Shown here: positions 8,221 through 17,888 of the stretch, one piece after another | Numbering within the stretch: position 1 is the stretch's first letter | How the letters are laid out: each line of letters starts with the position of its first letter | Assembly (NCBI GenBank): GCA_013387205.1 | Contig: WARV01000005.1 | Location: 27,924-91,923 of the forward strand | Length of the DNA: 64,000 nt | From: Patescibacteria group bacterium | GTDB lineage: Bacteria > Patescibacteriota > Doudnabacteria > UBA920 | Direction: 5' to 3' | Position numbers and translations under genes: made by a program | The notes under the pieces: generated by a model | The model's input: only the letters and a program-made list of their open reading frames with translations | The model's database searches: none | What the model was told of the DNA's origin: nothing

Positions 8221-9627
8221 ATGAAATATAATACTTTTCCGCCTTCCGGCGGATTGAAAATGGTGGTAGTCCCAAGCCTGTTCTCACTAAGTGAGGGCCT
8301 GCTCGCTCATTCCGATATCTTGTGGGTAACTTATAAGCAGGCAATGTATTTTTCCTGTCCGGATGATATCCCAAAAAACGTCCGGCACGTTGTCATAGAT
8401 AACGCTATCTTGTCGGAATTTTATCTGAACAAGATTGTGACCTTGGCGTTTCAATGCGGGGTTGATGAAGTTTACGCAGTCAACGAGTTTAAGCGTATAA
8501 AGAAATGGGCCGAGGCTTTGCTTGCTTCAAGCAAGCCAGGACGCAGCCTGGAATTGGGCGCGAGACCAAAAAAATATGACGGAGAAAACCAGATGGAAAG
8601 CAGGTTAGATGTTAAGCTGGAAGAAGGAAAGAAGCTGCTGGTGTTGGATGAGGATATAAACACCATCCATTGCGGCGGCCGTGACATGAAAGCAAAGGTG
8701 GAGTTTTGGGGAATCTCGGAAATTAAGAAAGCCCTGGCTGCCCCTTTGCAAGCCGATTTGGCGAACATCCAGTCAGTGGCTATTGTCGCAAGCCTGCCTG
8801 ATAGGTACAAGACTGAAATGCGCAGGCTTTTAATTAATAGGAGAATCAGCGACATCCACGATGTTTCCAATAGAGGGGTTGTAACGCAATACATCAACAG
8901 CTTGGCTTTGTTAAGCCAGGTGCGCGTTGTTGAATCGCCAACATTTGCCAGTAGTTTGGCCGATGTGGTTGTAATGCCGCCAAAACCTCAGGACGAAACT
9001 CCCGATCCTGCCGTCGGCGGCAGCAAGAACCAAGAAAAAGATGTTTTGCAACGCGACGGCGCGGTCCATATTTCGGCTGGGACAGCAACGGGGAAGAAGG
9101 ATTCGCTGACCGAGTTTGTTCGTAAAGAGGCCAACTTTTTTCCCAAATTTCCGAGAGAAGAAATACAGAGACTGGTCGATTTGGCGCTGAGTAGGGATTA
9201 TGATACGGATTTCAAGAGGATGCAGTCATTGTATTACCAGGTTAGAGCCAAACACAATGGTCGTGGTAATAGTAATGGTGATTGCAAAAGTCCAATCCCT
9301 TTTCCGGCATCTGACCCGCAGTGTGCTCCGCAGGTGCAGGCAAACCAGCCTCCAAAACTCAAAGCCGAAGTCTTGATAAGCGGCAATAACGGAGCCGGCG
9401 GGGAATCCTTGGCTAAGTCATTAGACGACGCCATCCGCATGATTTGCGACGGACAGGCGCTCATTAGCAAAGGAATCAAGGCATTGGCAATTTTGATGCC
9501 TGAAGTCGCGGAAGTGGAGAAGCAGGCAGCGGGCACCAAGGAGATAAGCAAAGCGATAGCTGCTTTGACTGAAATCCAGCGGGTCGCGTCTGCAGTGATC
9601 CCGTCAACCCAAGGAGTAAAGAATTAA
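8221..9627 (+). CDS. Hypothetical protein, GC-rich orphan
   Basis: 468 aa. Preceded by a strong SD (aaggaggcggattcATG) and followed by a strong terminator. No recognisable domain. GC content is clearly above the local background. Confidence 0.55.
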   Translation: MKYNTFPPSGGLKMVVVPSLFSLSEGLLAHSDILWVTYKQAMYFSCPDDIPKNVRHVVIDNAILSEFYLNKIVTLAFQCGVDEVYAVNEFKRIKKWAEALLASSKPGRSLELGARPKKYDGENQMESRLDVKLEEGKKLLVLDEDINTIHCGGRDMKAKVEFWGISEIKKALAAPLQADLANIQSVAIVASLPDRYKTEMRRLLINRRISDIHDVSNRGVVTQYINSLALLSQVRVVESPTFASSLADVVVMPPKPQDETPDPAVGGSKNQEKDVLQRDGAVHISAGTATGKKDSLTEFVRKEANFFPKFPREEIQRLVDLALSRDYDTDFKRMQSLYYQVRAKHNGRGNSNGDCKSPIPFPASDPQCAPQVQANQPPKLKAEVLISGNNGAGGESLAKSLDDAIRMICDGQALISKGIKALAILMPEVAEVEKQAAGTKEISKAIAALTEIQRVASAVIPSTQGVKN

Positions 9628-9649
9628 TTTCATGAGCAGTACATCATAA

Positions 9650-9691
9650 ATCCGCGCTTTTCGAATGTCGAAAAGCGCGGATAGTTTTTTT
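9650..9691 (+). terminator. Rho-independent terminator
   Basis: tccgcgcttttcgaatgtcgaaaagcgcgga forms an 11-bp stem followed by tagttttttttacg. Confidence 0.75.
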
Positions 9692-9749
9692 TACGCTGCC
9701 ATCCCGGACCAGATATCTGGTACGGGGCAAGCTAGTGATAATGGTAAGT

Positions 9750-9912
9750 GATGTCATTGCGAGTGCATCCGACTTGTCCTCCGTAGCTTTAGCGAAGGGG
9801 GAAGCAGTCTTCCCCTGTTAGATTGCCACGCAATTTAAGCCAATCCGCCAGCTGGCGAACCTTAAATCGCTCGCAATGACATCGTTTACTGTCATTGCGG
9901 GTGCATTCGATA
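9750..9912. repeat. GTCATTGCGAG-family palindromic unit cluster
   Basis: Contains atgtcattgcgagtgcatccgac and gattgccacgcaatttaagccaatccgccagctggcgaaccttaaatcgctcgcaatgac. The latter recurs almost identically at 57865-57935. Confidence 0.55.
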
Positions 9913-9915
9913 CGA

Positions 9916-10437
9916 TTATTTCCCAATTTGGTAATAAATGTTTGTTCCGTTGGGACCGGTTTCAGAAGATTTAAATACGCCACCGCCGATTCCCGGAGTA
10001 GGGGAGGAGATGCCGGGAAGCGTTATTTCTTCCTTCTCGTTTTCAAAATTTGTGTACATGACGCAATGCCCGTCGCTGGAATACTGGTAGCGGTAGTTTG
10101 TTTTCGCGTCGCTGCCGGTTTTTGGGTCTTTGGGAAGCAGGTAAGAATATTGCACGTATTGCGGGTATTTGGTTTTCAGTTCGGGAACTAAATCCGCCAA
10201 ATCATAATCGCCGGGCCCTGCGCTGGGCTGGTAGCAGGAAGACGCGTACAAAAGCTTACCCATCTGTGCCATGTCGGTTTTCCTTTTGGCATCCCGCGCT
10301 TTTACCCTGGCTCCCGAGACGGCCACTAAAACCACTCCGGCCAAAATCCCGATTATGGCAATGACGACTAAAAGTTCAATTAACGTAAAGCCTTTTTTGC
10401 CATTCTTAATTTTTAAATTTTGTTTCAGTGTTTTCAT
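9916..10437 (-). CDS. Type IV pilin / pseudopilin (prepilin-type N-terminal cleavage/methylation domain)
   Basis: The N-terminus [26 protein letters not shown] is a canonical class III signal with the hydrophobic pilin helix. Confidence 0.85.
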   Translation of the reverse strand: MKTLKQNLKIKNGKKGFTLIELLVVIAIIGILAGVVLVAVSGARVKARDAKRKTDMAQMGKLLYASSCYQPSAGPGDYDLADLVPELKTKYPQYVQYSYLLPKDPKTGSDAKTNYRYQYSSDGHCVMYTNFENEKEEITLPGISSPTPGIGGGVFKSSETGPNGTNIYYQIGK

Positions 10438-10480
10438 AAAAAATATTGTATTATTAATATATCATTAAAATTAAATAAAT

Positions 10481-10517
10481 AAAAACCGGACCCGCTTTTG
10501 GTTGGCGGGTCCGTGGG
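10481..10517 (-). terminator. Rho-independent terminator for the peptidase gene
   Basis: On the minus strand, cacggacccgccaaccaaaagcgggtccg is a GC stem followed by gtttttatttatt. Confidence 0.6.
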
Positions 10518-10532
10518 TGTGAGCGCTGGGTG

Positions 10533-12029
10533 TCAGCGCGGCAGTAATCGTTCTTCGTTGGCAGCCTGGTAAACGACCCAGGCCGCAATCTGTGCGGCTT
10601 GCTTTAGGTTGGCCGGATAAATCCTTGATGAGACATCGGCTGTCGTATGCTGGATGTCTTCATCAATCGGATCTTGGAAAAATTCAAAGGCAGGAACGCC
10701 TTTTTCCAAGAATGACTCAAAGTCACTTTTTACCGGTTGCTTGGGGTTGAGCACAACAGTGTCCTCGCCGGTAGGCTTTAGCCATTTCTTGAGCAGAGGC
10801 TGAAAGCGGGGAGTTTTAACGGCATAAATGCCGCGGATCTTGCCGCCGCCGGAATCAAGATTAAAGTACATCTTCACATCATCTTTTAGCATAAGCGGTC
10901 TGGTATACTCCTTCGATCCCAGCAGTCCTTGTTCCTCGCCGCCCCAAAACGCAATGCGGATTGTCCGTTTCGGTTTTGGCAATCTTGAGATGATCCTTGC
11001 GGCTTCAAGCGCTACGGCAACACCTGCGGCGTTATCAGTCGCGCCTTGGCCATGGAACCAGGAATCCAGATGTGCTCCGAGTAAGATTACCTCATTCGGA
11101 CCCTTTCCCGGAATTTCCGCAATTATGTTGGTGCCGGCCACAGACTTTGCATACAGCCTGGATTTAACTTTAAGCTGCAGGCTGGCCTGTTTCGATGTAG
11201 CCAGATTCACAAGGCGCTTGTAATCTGCCTGGCTGACAACCGCGGTTGGCACGGGAGTGATATCGCTTATCATCCGAAAATCAATTGCCGGGCTTGCAAG
11301 AATGTCTCCGGGCGAACTGCTTGGAATAACAATGCCGGAAATTTTCTCATCAGCCAAAGCTTTCCAGTAGTCGTTCCTGAATTTGCGGTAGTTGTCGTAA
11401 ACCTGGTCAATCAGACTTTGGGGTGCAAGCGCGTAAAAACATCTCCTTTGCGCGGCATCCCTTGGTACAATCGGCTTTGGGTCGACAAGCGGCGGGCAGT
11501 CGAGCGGCTGTTCTTGCCTTTTTAAATCTTCGGCTGTCCATGGCTTTGATGTTTCAGCAGGTTTGGTATTTTCAACCAACTCGCTTAAAAGCACAATTTT
11601 GCCTGCCAGCTTGCCGCCGTATTGCTTGCGGTACTCTTCTGTTGTCTTGGTCGTTGGCGCGTATGCTACAACGCCAGAAATGTTGGCCGTCGGCGAATAG
11701 GGAAGCGGGATAGCTTTAACCGGTTTAGAGGCGGTTTCTGCCCCTTTGACTTCGCACTCGCTCCAGCTCCAGCCTTTTCCGTACGCAAAATTTTCATGGC
11801 GGATGTTCTTTAAGCCAATGGTTCTGGCCTTGTTATCAACCAGCCTGAGGGCTTTGCCAAAGGCCGGTGTGTTGGTTGGCCGTGCGCCGATGGCGCAGAG
11901 TTCGGCCGCGGTTTTGAAAACTATGTCTTCGTTTGAAGCTTGCCGTATTTTTTCCCATACCTGCAAGTCTGCGGCCTGGGAGGAAACGGCAAAATACATC
12001 ATCAAAACTACCGCAACAAACTTGTTCAT
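10533..12029 (-). CDS. M28-family zinc aminopeptidase, secreted
   Basis: 498 aa with a signal peptide (MNKFVAVVLMMYFAVSSQA). M28 metal-ligand block HLDSWFHGQGATDNAAGVAVALEAAR ... FWGGEEQGLLGS. Markedly GC-richer than its neighbours. Confidence 0.8.
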   Translation of the reverse strand: MNKFVAVVLMMYFAVSSQAADLQVWEKIRQASNEDIVFKTAAELCAIGARPTNTPAFGKALRLVDNKARTIGLKNIRHENFAYGKGWSWSECEVKGAETASKPVKAIPLPYSPTANISGVVAYAPTTKTTEEYRKQYGGKLAGKIVLLSELVENTKPAETSKPWTAEDLKRQEQPLDCPPLVDPKPIVPRDAAQRRCFYALAPQSLIDQVYDNYRKFRNDYWKALADEKISGIVIPSSSPGDILASPAIDFRMISDITPVPTAVVSQADYKRLVNLATSKQASLQLKVKSRLYAKSVAGTNIIAEIPGKGPNEVILLGAHLDSWFHGQGATDNAAGVAVALEAARIISRLPKPKRTIRIAFWGGEEQGLLGSKEYTRPLMLKDDVKMYFNLDSGGGKIRGIYAVKTPRFQPLLKKWLKPTGEDTVVLNPKQPVKSDFESFLEKGVPAFEFFQDPIDEDIQHTTADVSSRIYPANLKQAAQIAAWVVYQAANEERLLPR

Positions 12030-12249
12030 CTGATTCTCCTGGATCTTGATAGAAAACGAGAAATTACTGCAGTATTAGTCCTCCTGCAGGTTTTGACACA
12101 AAAGTATCTAATTTTAACATAATTTGGTTTAAATGTCAATAGTATGGTAAATAAAAAAAACCTGGAAAATTCACCAAGTTTTTTGGATTCTTTTGGGCCG
12201 CATATGCTACTGTGCTAGTAGATTAGTACACGTAAAAACGTAAAAATTT

Positions 12250-12795
12250 TCAGGTTTTTAGCAGTGAGATGAATTGTTTTTTCAGCTTTTCCAATTTCGG
12301 ATCAATGACTAACTGGCAGTATGGCAAGTTTTTATGGTTTTCGTAATATTTTTGATGGTAATCTTCGGCAATAAAAAAATTTTTCAAAGGCCTAACTTCT
12401 GTCACAATAGGTTTTCCAAAAAGATTTTGCTCCTCCAAATCTTTCACATATCTTAAAGCCTGCTGTTTTTGTTCTTCGTCCGCATAAAAAATTACGGACT
12501 GATATTGCGGGCCAATGTCCGCGCCCTGCCGGTTTTTTGTTGTCGGGTCGTGCGTGGCAAAAAATACGGCTAAAAGGTCTTTGTATGTAATTTGCGATTC
12601 GTCGAATTCGAATTTTATAACTTCAATATGTCCGGTATAGCCCTTAGTGACCTGTTCGTAGCCCGGGTTTTTTAAATCGCCGCCGCTGTATCCCGGCACA
12701 ACCGAAACCACGCCTTTAAGCTCGTTGAAAACCGCCTCAGTACACCAAAAGCAGCCTCCGCCGAATACTGCTGTCTTAATTTGTCCGTTTGCCAT
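12250..12795 (-). CDS. msrA: Peptide methionine sulfoxide reductase MsrA
   Basis: 181 aa. GGGCFWC active-site motif at the N-terminus and overall MsrA layout. Confidence 0.9.
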   Translation of the reverse strand: MANGQIKTAVFGGGCFWCTEAVFNELKGVVSVVPGYSGGDLKNPGYEQVTKGYTGHIEVIKFEFDESQITYKDLLAVFFATHDPTTKNRQGADIGPQYQSVIFYADEEQKQQALRYVKDLEEQNLFGKPIVTEVRPLKNFFIAEDYHQKYYENHKNLPYCQLVIDPKLEKLKKQFISLLKT

Positions 12796-12819
12796 AAAAC
12801 CCTCCGGTCAGGCAACTTG

Positions 12820-13812
12820 TCACGCTGCCATTTTCAGCTGGGAACAAATTTCCTGGATTTCCGCGCTTGGCAAAATCTGGTCCAAGACTCCGCGGATGAT
12901 TTTTTCGCGCTTGTCCTTATCCCATAATTTGTCAGGGCCTCCGGGAACCTTGCGGGCTTTCCATTTATTTAGCAGGTCAATGACATTTTTTATCGGGATG
13001 GTGATAAGTACCAAATCGTTCACAGGCATTTCTTCTCCCAGCCTGGTTTTAACTTTATTAATCTGGCTCTTTTTATGTTCAGTATTTTCCCTGCTGCTGT
13101 TTGTCGTCAATTGTATGCCAATGTCGTTTGCGTCTTTTTCCTGCTTAACCCCGACTCCGCGGTTATGCTTGACCCTTTGGATAATGAAATCAATTTTATT
13201 GTTGACATCGTCGGAAATCGCCACTTCTTTGATGAAAAATTTGTCATCCGAATCAATGGAAATTTTTTTCAGCATGCAGCGGACGATTTTTTCAGCCACA
13301 AGCCCGTTATGGGTTTCATCCGGTTCCATTTCGCGGGCCTGGTAGGCTTTCCGCTTGCCCTCATCTAAATTAAAATTATGCGATTCGTTTATTGCTATCT
13401 GCCTGTCTAATAAATTTCGAAGCTTTATGGCCGCAATTTGTTTAATATAATCTGCGCGAACGCTTTGGTCTACGGAAGGCCCTAATTTATAAAAAGTATC
13501 CCATTCGGCATCGGTAAAAATTTCGCCTTTAGTCAGGTTAGTCCTTTCTCCCGAGATACCAAACCCGCCGCTAAGTTCGCTAAAATCCACCTTCCTTGCT
13601 TCCTTGAATAATTTTTCCGGGTAACGGTTGTTCTTTATGGCCTGTAAATCTTCTTCCAAATGCTTTAAGATTTCTAACTTTAACCGCTCCAGTTCTTGCA
13701 CGCCTTTTTCAGCTCCAGTATTAATATTGCCGGAAAATTTATATGCCACCTCTAATTGGCTTTCTTCAATTTTTGGCATTTCCATAATGCCGTGTTCCTG
13801 TCCAAATTCCAT
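12820..13812 (-). CDS. Hypothetical protein
   Basis: 330 aa, charged and probably alpha-helical. No recognisable catalytic motif. Confidence 0.5.
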   Translation of the reverse strand: MEFGQEHGIMEMPKIEESQLEVAYKFSGNINTGAEKGVQELERLKLEILKHLEEDLQAIKNNRYPEKLFKEARKVDFSELSGGFGISGERTNLTKGEIFTDAEWDTFYKLGPSVDQSVRADYIKQIAAIKLRNLLDRQIAINESHNFNLDEGKRKAYQAREMEPDETHNGLVAEKIVRCMLKKISIDSDDKFFIKEVAISDDVNNKIDFIIQRVKHNRGVGVKQEKDANDIGIQLTTNSSRENTEHKKSQINKVKTRLGEEMPVNDLVLITIPIKNVIDLLNKWKARKVPGGPDKLWDKDKREKIIRGVLDQILPSAEIQEICSQLKMAA

Positions 13813-13825
13813 AAAGTTTGATATT

Positions 13826-13988
13826 GAAGTAGTCTTGAAAAGCTGCTTTTCAGGCGATGTTTCAGAATTTTGTGCAGATTGGCAGAAATAAATTTTAAGG
13901 TTTAGCTAAAGCTAAGCCGAGAAATTTTTTCTGGCAAGATGCCAAAATTCTGAAATTGCAGCCAAAATGAGGTTTTCAAGACTACTTC
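13826..13988. repeat. MITE-like repeat, short subfamily (copy C)
   Basis: Terminal inverted repeats gaagtagtcttgaaaag...ttttcaagactacttc. The interior is ~85% identical to copy A in reverse complement. Confidence 0.7.
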
Positions 13989-14093
13989 ATTAATTAAGAC
14001 CTGGTAAAAACAATATTCTTACCTTAATTATAGCAAATAAATACATAAGAGGCGCACAAGCTAAAGCAGATGCTGTGCGCCTCAAAGAGAATG

Positions 14094-15323
14094 TTATGCC
14101 AGCCTTGGGTTGGCTGGATTGGGCCATTGCTGCCCCGTTTCAGTGATAGTCTTGTTTTTCCTTTTCCGTTCAGTTATTGCTTCGGTAAGGATTTTCCTGG
14201 CTTCTTTGAAGTCGCCAGGAAGAGTTTTCAAGGCAAGCCTACAAGTCACTTCGGTTTCCATGAGCGACTTTTTGTCACCCGGGGTAATCGAGCGGAGTTG
14301 TTGGCAAAGCCCATCGATTTTTTTCTCACGGATTCTTTTTGGGTCTGCCGGCTGGGCCGAGATTGCATTGGCGAAAGCGTCCATAAGTTTCTGGTGCGCT
14401 TTCTTGGTTTCGTTCTCCTCTTGCCTCAATGCTTCCATCGTTTTCAAATGCTGCCTGCTCGCGAATTGGCGCATCGTGTTTTCCATGCAATGCTTTTCTC
14501 GGGCACTGAATGAAAAAATAAATTGCCAAAAGCTTAAGGCAGCTTCTTCCGATTTCCAGGCCGTCTCTTGGTACTCACGATAAACCATTTTGAGGATGGC
14601 CATGCCTAGCGCCGCTATAAATAGCATCAGCATAAAGCAGAAGCCGCAAGACAGGAGAATAGTTTGCCGCGATTTGTTAATGGCATTCCTGACTTTTTGG
14701 ACAAAGATTGGGAAGCTGTTGGTGCGATCGCTAAACTTCAGCGTGTGGCCGTAAGGGAAGGCTGCAGGCATTCCCAGGTATATCGTACCCAAGTTTATGT
14801 CCTTGCTTAATTCTCCTTCCCACCGCACCGCGGATAAGTCCAGCTTGACCCGCTGGATTACGGACGCTCTTTTTTTGCCGTCCAAAGTGCCGAACACCTT
14901 GTCAAAGACTGAATCAGAAAAGTCAATTTGTCCGGCGGCTGCGGGCCCGGCCTCAATACGGTAAATAGTCTGGCAGATTACATCGCCTTTATCCGTTGCC
15001 GCGAATACCGTCAGCGTAGGATATTGGACAACTCCTTCGCCGAATATTTTAATGGCAGAACCAGCGTCTTTGCAGGCTTCAAGGCTGGTTATAGCCTGGT
15101 AAGCCGAGACGAATTCGCCCTTGTGGTAGGCTTCTTCTGCCAGGACAAGGGCTACGTTTTTCGCGTAGTGCTTGCCTTTGGGAAAGCCGCGCAATATGAT
15201 GATGGCGCCGAAGATTAACAATAACGCCGCAAACAAACTGGCAATTACTATGACCAAGATGCTTTGGCGTCGCTGCTGTTCAGGTTTCGCCAGCAGGCTG
15301 AAACTGTCACTGTTTGAGCTCAT
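14094..15323 (-). CDS. Hypothetical membrane protein (two TM segments flanking a periplasmic domain, C-terminal cytoplasmic helical region)
   Basis: 409 aa. TM helices ILVIVIASLFAALLLIFGAIIIL and ILLSCGFCFMLMLFIAALGMAIL. GC-rich. No kinase or other output motif seen. Confidence 0.5.
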   Translation of the reverse strand: MSSNSDSFSLLAKPEQQRRQSILVIVIASLFAALLLIFGAIIILRGFPKGKHYAKNVALVLAEEAYHKGEFVSAYQAITSLEACKDAGSAIKIFGEGVVQYPTLTVFAATDKGDVICQTIYRIEAGPAAAGQIDFSDSVFDKVFGTLDGKKRASVIQRVKLDLSAVRWEGELSKDINLGTIYLGMPAAFPYGHTLKFSDRTNSFPIFVQKVRNAINKSRQTILLSCGFCFMLMLFIAALGMAILKMVYREYQETAWKSEEAALSFWQFIFSFSAREKHCMENTMRQFASRQHLKTMEALRQEENETKKAHQKLMDAFANAISAQPADPKRIREKKIDGLCQQLRSITPGDKKSLMETEVTCRLALKTLPGDFKEARKILTEAITERKRKNKTITETGQQWPNPANPRLA

Positions 15324-15419
15324 TCGTCCTCCTAGGGCGATTTTTGTGAGTGCATTATATAGAAAAACAGTTATTTCTTCAAGTAGCTGTTTGGGTATTA
15401 AGAACTGATGTAGGGATTA

Positions 15420-15845
15420 TTACGACGCAGTGTCCTGGTAATTTTTAAAAACCAAAACAATGAAGCGGATGAATTCAACTGCGGAAAGAGCGGCTAATAT
15501 AATCGAACAAATTAAAAAGGCCAGTTTTAACGGATTGGTGATATCAATTTTCAAAAAATAAAAGTTAAAAGGATATATCGCGTAAAGCTCGTATATGAAA
15601 ATTGCGCCCAATAAATTCAAAGGTGCCTGGGTTAAGGCTTTAAGCCATGGCCTGTAAAAAACCAGAAAAACCATGTTGAAAAAGATGGTCAGTGCCATGG
15701 ATATGTTTGAGACTACCAGCGGAATAGCAAACTTCGGGGTTATAAACTTAACATTCCATATTAGCAAATGGTTAAAAATATAAAGCAGCGCCAAATTTAC
15801 TATTATGGCTATTATAAAATCTAATTTTGTCGGTTGCTTTTTCAT
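15420..15845 (-). CDS. Hypothetical polytopic membrane protein
   Basis: 141 aa with about four hydrophobic helices. Confidence 0.5.
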   Translation of the reverse strand: MKKQPTKLDFIIAIIVNLALLYIFNHLLIWNVKFITPKFAIPLVVSNISMALTIFFNMVFLVFYRPWLKALTQAPLNLLGAIFIYELYAIYPFNFYFLKIDITNPLKLAFLICSIILAALSAVEFIRFIVLVFKNYQDTAS

Positions 15846-15846
15846 G

Positions 15847-16428
15847 TTAGTTTATTGATTTATTTTTTTCCCTCAGCTCCATATTTTTCAAAGAAAACAT
15901 GCAACCGCAATATTTTTGCAAATATATGCCCCGCTCTTTTACCATTTTATCCCTTTTTTCCTGGCGCCCTTTTTTCTTCCAGTCCTCGTCAAAAAATTCC
16001 AAACCATATTCGCATGCCGCAATTTTTCCAATCGGGTTAATTACTTCCGCCTTTTTAAACCTTCCCATGGTTAAAGTGGTGGAGAAATATTTACAGCCAA
16101 GATCTTTGGCTTTTTTGGCAGCCTCGCCTAGGCGCAAGATAAAGCATTGGCTGCACCTGGCACCACCTTCGGGTTCTTGTTCCAGTCCTTTTATGGCCGC
16201 AAACCATTTTTCGTTTTCATAGTCATCATCAACCATGTTAATTTTCCACTCCTTGCATAGCTTAATAACTTCCGCTTTTCGTTTTTTGTATTCCTCGAGC
16301 GGATAAATATTAGGGTTATAAAAATAAACGGTCAAATCGTAATTTTGGCGCAATTCATCAATAACCGCGATGCCGCAAGGCGCGCAGCAGGTATGCAATA
16401 AAAATTTTTGCCGGTTTTGTTCAGGCAT
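15847..16428 (-). CDS. queH: Epoxyqueuosine reductase QueH (DUF208)
   Basis: The N-terminal LLHTCCAPC cysteine motif and overall length match QueH. Confidence 0.85.
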   Translation of the reverse strand: MPEQNRQKFLLHTCCAPCGIAVIDELRQNYDLTVYFYNPNIYPLEEYKKRKAEVIKLCKEWKINMVDDDYENEKWFAAIKGLEQEPEGGARCSQCFILRLGEAAKKAKDLGCKYFSTTLTMGRFKKAEVINPIGKIAACEYGLEFFDEDWKKKGRQEKRDKMVKERGIYLQKYCGCMFSLKNMELREKNKSIN

Positions 16429-16473
16429 ATAATGTATTATACAGAAAAATGCAGCATGGTTTCAATAGCCGCG

Positions 16474-17088
16474 CTAAATATTCCTTTCAATCCTGCGGTC
16501 AGGTATAAACCAAATTACCGCAACCAAAATAATCAAAATATAAGAAATGGTAGGTCTTATAAAGGCAAATATTATCGCCAGTGCATAACTGGCAAACGAA
16601 ATTTTACCTTTAATATCACTGGAGAATTCCTGTGCCAGCTGGTCCTTGTTTTTGGCGTGAGCCAGTACTGCGCGCTGCAACAACAGATAAGCAGCAGCGC
16701 TTAGCAGTAAAATCGCCGCATACAAGACAGTGGGCCAGGTCCCGCCATGGCTTTCGCCTAGCCAACCGGAAGCGAAAGGGATTAATGACAGCCAAAACAG
16801 CAGGTGCAGATTCGCCCACATAATTCCGGCGCTGACATGCGAAGTAGCTTGCAAAAGATGATGATGGTTGTTCCAATAAGTTCCTATGGTTTGGAAGCTT
16901 ATCAGGTAGGTAAAAAATAAAGGCAATAGCGGCTTTAGGTTTGTGATATCAGCTCCCTGCGGCACCTTAATCCCCAATACCGTAATAGTGATAATTATGG
17001 CCATGACCCCGTCGCTGAAAGACTGTAGCCTGGCAGGGGAGAGCCTTTCGTGCCCATCGGAATCGTGGTTATGTTGATGGTTTTCCAT
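16474..17088 (-). CDS. TMEM175/DUF1211-family potassium channel-like membrane protein
   Basis: RLQSFSDGVMAIIITITVLGI matches the RxxxFSDGVxAIAITLLVL signature of DUF1211. Two repeats of three TM helices. Confidence 0.75.
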   Translation of the reverse strand: MENHQHNHDSDGHERLSPARLQSFSDGVMAIIITITVLGIKVPQGADITNLKPLLPLFFTYLISFQTIGTYWNNHHHLLQATSHVSAGIMWANLHLLFWLSLIPFASGWLGESHGGTWPTVLYAAILLLSAAAYLLLQRAVLAHAKNKDQLAQEFSSDIKGKISFASYALAIIFAFIRPTISYILIILVAVIWFIPDRRIERNI

Positions 17089-17140
17089 AAATTTAAATTA
17101 TATTATTGTAAGACTGTTATGCTAACTTCTGGTTAACTAC

Positions 17141-17172
17141 AAAAAACCCGGCCTTGCCGGGTTTTTGTTTTT
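17141..17172. terminator. Bidirectional rho-independent terminator
   Basis: aaaaaacccggccttgccgggtttttgtttttt is a GC hairpin flanked by an A-run and a T-run. Confidence 0.7.
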
Positions 17173-17221
17173 TATAGCTATTTCTTCTGTTTTATAATTA
17201 GGGCGAATTGGTAACTAAAAA

Positions 17222-17368
17222 TTATTTGAGTTTGAGTTTCTTCAGGTGCTCTTTGGAGTCGCGGCAGGTGCAATTTTTAGCATGCCCAGTATGCCACTTT
17301 ATCTTCTGCTCCAAAGTAGGATTCTTCGGCATCTTATTCTCCAAATGCCACTGCTTATTAATCGCCAT
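17222..17368 (-). CDS. Small hypothetical protein (48 aa), below the ORF-track cutoff
   Basis: Minus-strand ORF MAINKQWHLENKMPKNPTLEQKIKWHTGHAKNCTCRDSKEHLKKLKLK, ending 40 bp before the bidirectional terminator. Absent from the supplied track because it is under 60 aa. Confidence 0.3.
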   Translation of the reverse strand: MAINKQWHLENKMPKNPTLEQKIKWHTGHAKNCTCRDSKEHLKKLKLK

Positions 17369-17379
17369 GATGGTTATAT

Positions 17380-17856
17380 TTAATTAGGTAATCTAATATG
17401 TAATCTTTTTACTTTGTTTCTAGTTAGCTCGTATATATCAGTTAGGGGTTGAAATAATAATAGTATAGCAAAAAGCAAGGTTGGTATAGCAGGCAAGCCC
17501 CATATTGAAGCTTTAAAGAGAAAAGCCGTCAATCCATGAATAGGATTATTTTTATAAATAGCTATGTATAAAATTGGGATTATATAGGAGCTAATGCCAA
17601 TTAATAGTATAATTTTAAAAATTTTTAACAATTTCTCTGGCACCTTATTTTTTATGAATTGAAAAACAATATAATTCAACAGGTATATACTAACAACCAC
17701 ACTCCATGAGACTACAATATCATTTGATTTTTGTTCCGTCTTGTTGGCTAATTTAAAAAGGTTGTATAGTAGAGACGGGAAAAAAACAGAAAGCGTAATA
17801 ACAAATTCAAGTTTTTCCTCAATTTCCCTTATCAGATTTTTTAAATTCTCAACCAT
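17380..17856 (-). CDS. Hypothetical membrane protein in an extremely AT-rich islet
   Basis: 158 aa with about four TM helices. The DNA here is much more AT-rich than the surrounding genes. Confidence 0.5.
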   Translation of the reverse strand: MVENLKNLIREIEEKLEFVITLSVFFPSLLYNLFKLANKTEQKSNDIVVSWSVVVSIYLLNYIVFQFIKNKVPEKLLKIFKIILLIGISSYIIPILYIAIYKNNPIHGLTAFLFKASIWGLPAIPTLLFAILLLFQPLTDIYELTRNKVKRLHIRLPN

Positions 17857-17888
17857 AAAATTCGTAATTTAATGTATAATTTTGAATT

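Noticed and set aside
9789-10191. Track ORFs 9789-9983 (-) and 9895-10191 (+)
   Set aside because: They overlap the palindromic repeat cluster and the opposite strand of the well-supported pilin gene, so they are taken as spurious.
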